DNA of 57,513 nt, from positions 1 to 57,513 of the forward strand of contig JACPOT010000041.1 of assembly GCA_016191385.1 (NCBI GenBank), in the 5' to 3' direction. Made by a program: the position numbers and the translations under genes. Shown piece by piece: positions 36,939 through 44,031 of the stretch. The DNA is from Chloroflexota bacterium. Lineage in GTDB: Bacteria > Chloroflexota > Limnocylindria > P2-11E. The notes beneath the pieces are model-generated. The model did no database searches. It was given only the letters and a program-made list of their open reading frames with translations, and was not told the origin of the DNA. The stretch's first letter is position 1. Each line of letters begins with the position of its first letter.

Positions 36939-38753
36939 CTATCCGCGGCCCGAAGGGCCGTCGGATATTGAGCGGCTGCGACGGTACGCGGGGACGGTCG
37001 CCATAGGCGGACGCTCGACGGACACGATGTCGTGCAGCTCGAGCCGGAGGCGTCCGTTGCGCGGACGGATGAGCTTCATCGTGGAGTTGGCATCCTCCCA
37101 CAGCCGCTCACCTCGCGCCTCACCGATCCGGCGCAGAGCGACCTGCAGGATCTCGAACGACTGCTTCGAGAGCGCATAGAGATCCTGGTTGCGGTGGATG
37201 CGCGTCTTCATGTCGACCTGAGCGATCGCGTTGAGGCCGGCGCGCTGCAGCGTGTCGATGAGCAGCCCCGTCTCCACCCCGTAGGTCGTGAAGAACGGCA
37301 GCTGCTCGAGGAGCGATCGCCGTCCGCCCTGTTCTCCCGACAGCGGCTGCACGATCCCCGACAGCTCGGGGAAGAAGAGGTTGATCAGTGGCCGCGCGGT
37401 GAGCTCGGTGACGCGCCCGCCGCCGGTGGCTTGCACCTCGCCCCCAACGCGCAGCGGGCGCTGGTAGAAGGCCTTCACGAACTGGATCTCCGGGCGCAGG
37501 AGCAGCGGACCGATGATCCCGTAGACGAACTTCGAGCTGAAGCTCGTGACGTCGGTGTCCACCCAGACGATCAGGTCGCCGCTGAGCACGTGCAGGCTCT
37601 TCCACAGCGCCTCGCCCTTCCCCGGGTACGCGCCCAGCTCGGGAAGGATCCGCTGATGCACGTGTACTGGGACGCCTTCGGCCTTCGCGATCTCGCGCGT
37701 GCGGTCGGTGCTGTTCGAGTCGATGACGACGAGCTCGTCCACGAGCGGATGGCGCTGCATCAGCTGCTTGCGGATCCCCCGGATGACGTCGGCGATGGTG
37801 TCGGCTTCGTTGAGAGCGGGGAGCCCGACCGAGATCCGGAGGCCCTGCCGCTGCTTCTCCTCCACCAGCCGTCCGATGTCCGCGAACTCGGCGCTCGAGA
37901 AGGTGTTCTCCGCGAACCAGCGGTCCACGATCTCGCCGATGGCGCGGCTGCGCTCGCCGCGCTCGGCAGGCAGCGGCGTGCGCGGCAGGAACACGCTCGA
38001 CGCGACGGCGGTCCGGGTGCGGACAAGGATCGCGGGCTTGCCCGCCGCGAAGATCGCGCGGCCGACCGGGCCGAGCTGGTCCGTCGCGCCCGCCAGCGCG
38101 GTCGCCCCGAAGACGATCGCGTCGCTGCTCTGGAGCTCGGTGGCGATGATCGCGGCGGGGTCGCCGACGCGGGCGACAAGCTCCTCGACGCGCTCGTCGT
38201 AGGCGAGCTCGCCGACGAGCTGATGGAACGAGACGGGTCGTCGCTTCTCGGAGACGTGCAGCAGGGTGAGGCCGGCATCGCCGGCGCGGGCGAAGGCCGC
38301 CGCGATCGCGACCGCGAGCCGCGCGTAGCGGCCGCCGCGGACGGGGACGAGCACGTGACGCGCCTGACCGAACGCGCCGCGCACCAGGGCGACGTCGCAG
38401 GGGGGCTGCGCCAATGCCTCATCGATGGTCGTGCCGAGCACGCCGTCCTCGTCGAGCCCTGCCAGGAGCAGGTCCGGCGACTCGCGCTGCACGGCGTCGG
38501 CGATGCCGTCCCACTCGCGCCGCGCCACCGTGACGACGGACCGCGGTGGCCGTGCGGCTCCGAGCGTCAGCGCCAGCGCATCGAGCTGGCCGCGCCGGGC
38601 GCGCACGCGCGGCTGCTCTGCCGCGAGCGAGCCCTCGGCGCCGACGGCGAGCGCCGTCGCGAGGATCAGCTCATCGGGACCGGCGACGGCGAGCGCGAGC
38701 TCCGCGAGCGCGCGGTCGCGCGTGAGGTCGGAGAGCGCGACGAGGACCTTCAT
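36939..38753 (-). CDS. gpgS: Fusion of a tandem universal-stress-protein-like N-terminal region with glucosyl-3-phosphoglycerate synthase (GT81)
   Basis: The C-terminal ~330 aa matches my memory of mycobacterial GpgS almost motif for motif (ISVGLPALNEADTI, VIDSNSTDRT, PGKGEALWKS, VDTDV, VKAFYQRPL, ATGGGRVTEL, QPLSGE, YGVETGLLID, AIAQVDM..R.HRNQ). The N-terminal ~270 aa has two USP-like alpha/beta units (KVLVALSD..., RHVLVPVRGG...). Confidence 0.85.
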   Translation of the reverse strand: MKVLVALSDLTRDRALAELALAVAGPDELILATALAVGAEGSLAAEQPRVRARRGQLDALALTLGAARPPRSVVTVARREWDGIADAVQRESPDLLLAGLDEDGVLGTTIDEALAQPPCDVALVRGAFGQARHVLVPVRGGRYARLAVAIAAAFARAGDAGLTLLHVSEKRRPVSFHQLVGELAYDERVEELVARVGDPAAIIATELQSSDAIVFGATALAGATDQLGPVGRAIFAAGKPAILVRTRTAVASSVFLPRTPLPAERGERSRAIGEIVDRWFAENTFSSAEFADIGRLVEEKQRQGLRISVGLPALNEADTIADVIRGIRKQLMQRHPLVDELVVIDSNSTDRTREIAKAEGVPVHVHQRILPELGAYPGKGEALWKSLHVLSGDLIVWVDTDVTSFSSKFVYGIIGPLLLRPEIQFVKAFYQRPLRVGGEVQATGGGRVTELTARPLINLFFPELSGIVQPLSGEQGGRRSLLEQLPFFTTYGVETGLLIDTLQRAGLNAIAQVDMKTRIHRNQDLYALSKQSFEILQVALRRIGEARGERLWEDANSTMKLIRPRNGRLRLELHDIVSVERPPMATVPAYRRSRSISDGPSGRG

Positions 38754-39979
38754 CGCCGCCGTCCGAGCACGAGCGGGACCACTTGGTCGCGGAGGATCCG
38801 CGGCCAGGCGTGCTCCTTCGCGCGGCGGCGGAGCCTGGCGACGGGGTCGCTGCCGAGTCGACGTTCGATAGCGCGCGCGATCGCGGCGCCGTCGGCCGCC
38901 GGATCGACGTACGTCGCGCTCGGACCCGCGAGCGCGCGCAGCGTCGGGATGCCGCTGCAGATGACCGGCACGCCATGCGCGCCGGCCTCGAGCACCGGGA
39001 TGCCGAAGCCCTCCCCCTCGCTCGGCAGCACGACGGCATCCGCGAGCGCGTAGAGGTCGGCCATGACGCGGTCGCTCGGGCGCACGCCCAGCGCGTGCAG
39101 CAGGTGGACCCCGGGGACGCGTGCCGCGCGGCGCGCGAGGTCATCGGCATATGCGCGGTTCGCGACGTTGTGCGGTCCGGGCGATCCGGTGATGACGAGC
39201 GCGGGGGCGTGGCCGCGCCGGCGGAGCTCGCGCATGGCGTCGATGGCGACCTCGACGCGCTTGCGGCGCGTCAACCGCGCCGGCAGCAGCAGCAGTGGGT
39301 CGGCGTCCAGTAGACCCAGGCGCTCCGCGAGCCGCCCGCCCGCGGGCGAGAGGCCGAGGCGGAGGGTGAGATCGATCCCGTTGGGCACGACGGCGATCCT
39401 GCGGCGCGGGATGCGCGCGAGGCGCGCGAGCTGGCGCGCGCGCTCGTCCGAGACGGCGACGTATCGCACGCCGGGGAGCGCGCGGGCGATGAGGTCCCAC
39501 GGAAGACCGCGATGCCGCTCGCGCGCGTATCGCGCGTCCAGCCACGCCAGATCGTGTGTCCACGCGATGACGGGGGTGCGGCCCTCGGCCGCGAGGAGGG
39601 CCATCGCCGCCGTGAGCGCCAAGGACTTGTGCATGGTCATCACGTTGTGGACCACCGCGACGTCCGCGCGCGCGAACAGGGGAAGGAGCTTGTTGACGAG
39701 CCGCGCGACGAGCCGCGCGTGCGCAGGGGTGACGTCGCCGCGCGCGAGGGCGCGCAAGTCGCGCAGCACCGCGGGATGAGTGGAGGAGACCAACGGGATC
39801 CGCGCGAGCGTCACGCCCCGCGGCACGGCCCGCCCGCGGCCGGCCAGGACAGTGACCCGCGCGCCGGCCTCGAGGAGCGCGGTCGCGTGCGCGGCCATGA
39901 CCTGCTCAACGCCGCCCTGCACGGAGGGCGAGGTGTAGTGGATGAGCAGGACGCGCGGTGAGGTCAGATCAGGCGGCAC
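38750..39979 (-). CDS. GT4-family (GT-B, retaining) glycosyltransferase
   Basis: Starts at the GTG at 39979. N-terminus VLLIHYTSPSVQGGVEQV. C-terminal EX7E region PSEGEGFGIPVLEAGAHGVPVI. 4-nt overlap with gpgS and 11-nt overlap with the upstream gene. Confidence 0.8.
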   Translation of the reverse strand: MPPDLTSPRVLLIHYTSPSVQGGVEQVMAAHATALLEAGARVTVLAGRGRAVPRGVTLARIPLVSSTHPAVLRDLRALARGDVTPAHARLVARLVNKLLPLFARADVAVVHNVMTMHKSLALTAAMALLAAEGRTPVIAWTHDLAWLDARYARERHRGLPWDLIARALPGVRYVAVSDERARQLARLARIPRRRIAVVPNGIDLTLRLGLSPAGGRLAERLGLLDADPLLLLPARLTRRKRVEVAIDAMRELRRRGHAPALVITGSPGPHNVANRAYADDLARRAARVPGVHLLHALGVRPSDRVMADLYALADAVVLPSEGEGFGIPVLEAGAHGVPVICSGIPTLRALAGPSATYVDPAADGAAIARAIERRLGSDPVARLRRRAKEHAWPRILRDQVVPLVLGRRR

Positions 39980-42065
39980 GCAAGACGCGCGCCCCTCCGC
40001 CGCGAACGGCGACGCCGCCGCGCGAGCGCGAGACCTTGAACGAGACCTTCGCGTCGTGGATGCGCATGTCAGCGACGGTGATGTGATCGAGCCAGTCGGG
40101 GAGCGCGGGATCCACGCGCAGCCTCCGGTCGGCGAGCTGCGGCTCGAGGCCGAGGATGGACTTGAGGCACAGGAACACGACCCCGGCGGACCACGCCTGC
40201 GGGATGCAGGCCACGAGGTAGTCTGCGGGCCGCGAGGAGAAGCGCAGGTCGCGCGCGAAGCCGCAGAAGAGCTCCGGCAGGCGCGCGTTGGGGAACCGCT
40301 TGCCCGCCTCGACGAGACCCTCGATCACCGCGGAGGCCTCTTCGCGGTGGCCGTAGCGCGCGAAGCCGTCGGCGATGAGCGCGCTGTCGTGGGGCCAGAC
40401 CGATCCGTTGTGGTAGCTCATGGGGTTGTAGGTCGGGTACTTGGCCGACAGGGTGCGGATCCCCCAGCCGGTGAACACGTCGGGCTCCATGAGCCGGCGC
40501 ACGACGAGCGCGGCGCGGTCGGGACGCGCGATGCCCGACCACAGGGCGTGGCCGGCGTTGCTCGTCACCGCCCTGACCTGCTGCTTGTGCGCGTCGAGCG
40601 CCTGCGCGTAGCAGCGCTCGTCCTCCATCCAGAAGTCGCGCTCGAAGCGCGCAGCGAGCTCGCGCGCCTCGCCGCGCAGACGATCCGCTCGGCCACCGTC
40701 CCCGTCGACCGCGTACAGCTCCGCGAGCGCGACCTTCGCGGCGTACACGTAGCCCTGGACCTCGACGAGCGCCGCCGGGAGCTCCGCCCACTTACCGTCG
40801 CGATAGGAGAGCGACATCGCGGAGTCCTTCCAGCCCTGGTTGCGCATCTCGTTCTGCCGGCCGCCGTACTCGACGTAGCCATCGCGGTCGGGGTCCCCGT
40901 ACTGCCCGTCGCACCACTCGAGCGCGCGCTCCGCCGCCGGCAGCACTTCCTTCCAGAGGTCGCGGTCCGCGGTCCAGCGGACCGTCTCCGCGAACACCAG
41001 CGCGAAGAGCGGGGTCGCGTCGACGGACCCATAGAAGGGGTGATGGGGGATCGCGCCGATCCGCGCGAGCTCGCCGCGGCGCAGCTCGTGGAAGATCTTC
41101 CCCGGCTCCTCCTCGGTCTGCTCGTCGACCTTCGTGCCCTGGTACTTCGCGAGCAGCCGCAGCGTGCCGCGCGCGATGTCCGGATCCCACGACAGCGTCT
41201 CGTACGCGCAGATGAGCCCGTCGCGGCCGAACGGCACCGCGTACCACGGGATGCCCGCGGTCGGGAACGGACCGGTGTCAGGGAACTCGAGGAGCGCGCG
41301 GATGTCGAGGGCGCTGCGGTGGATGAGCCCCTCGTCGAGGCCTTCGGAGCTCGTCTCGTACCGCGTGCACGTGCGCAGGAAGCGCCGGTAGCGTGCGTTC
41401 AGGTCGTCGAGCGCGTCGTCGAACCGCGGCGGTGACGGCCGCTCGCCGGTGCCGTCCTCGCGCGGCACGACCGCGAGCTCGATCGTGAGCACGGCTTGGG
41501 GCTCGAGGCGCCGCGTGAACGTGAGCACGTTGCCGTCGCGCGCGTCTGCGTCCGGGTGCGAGGTGATCTCCGTCGTGCGCCGGACCTTGTCGCGGCCGAC
41601 GCGCTCGAAGACGAGACGCTCCCCGTCGGCGCGGCCGGGCGCGACCTCCGCCTTGTCGTCGACCCCCTGATAGCCGCGCACCGCGAACATGTCCTTGAAG
41701 GTCGTCTCGAATTCGAGCTCGAGAACGAGATCGAGAGCTGCGGGGGTCGCATTGAGGATGCCGATGCGCTCGCGCAAGCCGTCGGACAGGAAGCGCGTGC
41801 GGCGGATCGAGAGCGAGTCCTGCGCGTGGCGCGCGGTCCCGAGCTGCGCGCCGCCCGCGTGCATCAGCTGGAAGGTCGCGACATAGGTCTGCTCGTGGTT
41901 CGCCGAGAGCAGGAGCGGCGTATGCCCGTTGACGCGGAGCGCGAACCCCGAGAGGTACTGCGTGTCGTGGTAGTAGAGGCCGAGCGGTCCGCTCCCGCCG
42001 AGAGGGAGGCTGCCGTCGTCGTCCGTCACGAGGACGAGCGCGTCCTCCTTGAGGGAGACGGTCAC
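39969..42065 (-). CDS. Amylo-alpha-1,6-glucosidase / glycogen-debranching-type (alpha/alpha)6 glycosidase
   Basis: 698 aa. GIPWYAVPFGRDGLI, GKIFHELRRGE, YGSVDATPLF, NQGWKDS, VEVQGY and YHNGSVWPHD are GDE N-bis plus GDE_C signatures. Confidence 0.85.
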   Translation of the reverse strand: MTVSLKEDALVLVTDDDGSLPLGGSGPLGLYYHDTQYLSGFALRVNGHTPLLLSANHEQTYVATFQLMHAGGAQLGTARHAQDSLSIRRTRFLSDGLRERIGILNATPAALDLVLELEFETTFKDMFAVRGYQGVDDKAEVAPGRADGERLVFERVGRDKVRRTTEITSHPDADARDGNVLTFTRRLEPQAVLTIELAVVPREDGTGERPSPPRFDDALDDLNARYRRFLRTCTRYETSSEGLDEGLIHRSALDIRALLEFPDTGPFPTAGIPWYAVPFGRDGLICAYETLSWDPDIARGTLRLLAKYQGTKVDEQTEEEPGKIFHELRRGELARIGAIPHHPFYGSVDATPLFALVFAETVRWTADRDLWKEVLPAAERALEWCDGQYGDPDRDGYVEYGGRQNEMRNQGWKDSAMSLSYRDGKWAELPAALVEVQGYVYAAKVALAELYAVDGDGGRADRLRGEARELAARFERDFWMEDERCYAQALDAHKQQVRAVTSNAGHALWSGIARPDRAALVVRRLMEPDVFTGWGIRTLSAKYPTYNPMSYHNGSVWPHDSALIADGFARYGHREEASAVIEGLVEAGKRFPNARLPELFCGFARDLRFSSRPADYLVACIPQAWSAGVVFLCLKSILGLEPQLADRRLRVDPALPDWLDHITVADMRIHDAKVSFKVSRSRGGVAVRGGGARVLRAA

Positions 42066-43378
42066 GCGGCCAGCTGCGCCGAGAGGTAAGCCTTTGCCGC
42101 CTCGAACGCGAGCGCCTGGTCTTCAACGAGACGCTCCGACCCTGCCGTCGTCATGTCACGCGCGTCGTCGATGAAGGCGGCGACGCGGCCGAAGTACAGC
42201 GGGACGAGCGCCGTCACGCGCTCGGCGGTGCGCGACGGGTCGCGCGCCGACGCGGCGAGCATGTCGTACACGACACGCGCCCACGTCTCGCCGGCGAGGG
42301 CGTGAGGGATGGCCTCGTCCATGGCGCGGCGGACGGCCGCGCGGGTCTCCTTCGAGAGCGACGCGTCCCACGTGGCGCCGTGCTCCGTCGCGCCTTCGCC
42401 GAAGCGCCGCACCAGCAGGGCCGCGTCGGCGCGCACCTCCTCTGGGTCGACCGGATGCACGTCACCCAGGACCGGCGCCTCGCGCGATCCCTTGACCGCG
42501 GCCCATTTCGCGCGGTTCGCCGCGGCGAGCCGGAACGCCGTACCCACGACCTGTCGGAACATGGGGCCGAGGTCCGCACCGGGATCCTTCGGGTCGTGGA
42601 CCTTCGCGCCCAGGAACGCCTGCGCGACCCGCGCGCCGCGCACCAGCGCCGTTGTGGTCATGTAGATGTCGATCCCGAACCGCGCGACGTCACCCTCCCA
42701 GACCTCGTTTTGAACGCTCGGTCGGGGGGACTCCTCCCTCGCGCTCAGGTGCTCGGCCTCGCCTTCGCTCGGCCTGCGCGCCTGAGGGACGAAAGCTCCC
42801 CCTTCCAAAAAGTCACGCGCGAGCGCGCCGCTGAACCCGAACTCGCCGCCGATCGGCTGCCGCACGCGCAGCCCGTACAGCGCGCGCGTCAGCGGGTAGG
42901 CGATGGTGTTGGTGATCGTCCCGTCGTGCTTGTGGCGCGCGTACAGCGGCGCGACGTAGTCGGCGCGGTCCTCGACGATCGGCGCGAGGAGCCGCTGGAT
43001 CCACTCCGGGGTGATGCTTCGCAGGTCGCTGTCCACGACCGCGCACGCGCGAGCGTTGAGCCTGCCGGCGAGCTCGAAGATCGCGCGGAAGGCCGAGCCC
43101 TTGCCCGGCAGGCCGACGTAGCGGCCGACGATGCGCGGCGTGCCGTCGAGCGCCTCGGCGACGCGGTCGCGCGTCCCGTCCTCCGAGCCACCGTCGGAGT
43201 TGACGACGGCCACGCGCATTCCGCCGAACGAGCGCGACAGGCCTTCCCGCACGGTGCGCGCGACATGGCCGATGGTGGCCGCGTTGCGGTACGAGGGGAT
43301 GCCCACCAGAAGCTCGACCGGCCCGATCGTTTCCGCCGCGCGGGCCATGTCGTCGTCGAGCGCCGTCACGCCCTTCAC
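42062..43378 (-). CDS. GT2-like (GT-A fold) glycosyltransferase, specificity unknown
   Basis: LLVGIPSYRNAATIGHVARTV...VVNSDGGSEDGT...AVVDSDLRSI is a GT-A nucleotide-sugar binding region with a DxD-like motif. It has a long helical C-terminal domain and is the first gene of the minus-strand operon. Confidence 0.7.
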   Translation of the reverse strand: MKGVTALDDDMARAAETIGPVELLVGIPSYRNAATIGHVARTVREGLSRSFGGMRVAVVNSDGGSEDGTRDRVAEALDGTPRIVGRYVGLPGKGSAFRAIFELAGRLNARACAVVDSDLRSITPEWIQRLLAPIVEDRADYVAPLYARHKHDGTITNTIAYPLTRALYGLRVRQPIGGEFGFSGALARDFLEGGAFVPQARRPSEGEAEHLSAREESPRPSVQNEVWEGDVARFGIDIYMTTTALVRGARVAQAFLGAKVHDPKDPGADLGPMFRQVVGTAFRLAAANRAKWAAVKGSREAPVLGDVHPVDPEEVRADAALLVRRFGEGATEHGATWDASLSKETRAAVRRAMDEAIPHALAGETWARVVYDMLAASARDPSRTAERVTALVPLYFGRVAAFIDDARDMTTAGSERLVEDQALAFEAAKAYLSAQLAA

Positions 43379-43398
43379 TACGCGATGATGGCACGCAC

Positions 43399-44031
43399 GT
43401 GATCGAAGCCCTCGAGGCGATCCTCATCCCGTTCCTCGAGCGCGTGTACCTCACCTTTGGATATCTCGGGGTCGTCGCGGCCATGACCATCGAGAGCGCC
43501 GCGATCCCGCTCCCGAGCGAGATCGTCCTGCCGTTCGCGGGGTGGATGGTGTCGCGAGGGCTTGCTGAGCCGCTCACCGGCACCGCGTGGTCGTACTGGG
43601 GTGCTGTTGCGGCCGGCGTCGCGGGCAACACGCTGGGCTCGCTCCTTTCCTATTGGGTGGGCCGCGTGGGCGGCCGTCCGCTGCTCGAGCGCTACGGCCG
43701 TTACGTCCTCATCAGCGCGCACGACCTCGAGGTCGCGGACCGCTGGTTCGCGCGCTGGGGCGAGGCGACCGTCCTCTTCTCGCGGATGCTGCCGGTCGTG
43801 CGCACGTTCATCTCGGTGCCCGCCGGGATCGCGCGCATGCCGGTGTGGCGCTTCGTCATTTTCTCGGTGATCGGCGCGGTCCCCTGGATCATGTTGCTGG
43901 TCTGGGGCGGCACGGTGCTCGGCGACAACTGGGTCAGCATCAAGAGCTCGCTTCGCGGCCTCGACTATGTCGTGGTCGCGGCGATCCTCGCCCTCGTCGC
44001 CGTGTTCGTGTACCGGCACGTCAGGCGATGA
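43399..44031 (+). CDS. DedA-family membrane protein
   Basis: GYLGVVAAMTIESAAIPLPSEIVLPFAG...RMLPVVRTFISVPAGIARM is the DedA/SNARE-associated signature. 210 aa. Its stop overlaps the start of the next gene (ATGA). Confidence 0.85.
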   Translation: MIEALEAILIPFLERVYLTFGYLGVVAAMTIESAAIPLPSEIVLPFAGWMVSRGLAEPLTGTAWSYWGAVAAGVAGNTLGSLLSYWVGRVGGRPLLERYGRYVLISAHDLEVADRWFARWGEATVLFSRMLPVVRTFISVPAGIARMPVWRFVIFSVIGAVPWIMLLVWGGTVLGDNWVSIKSSLRGLDYVVVAAILALVAVFVYRHVRR

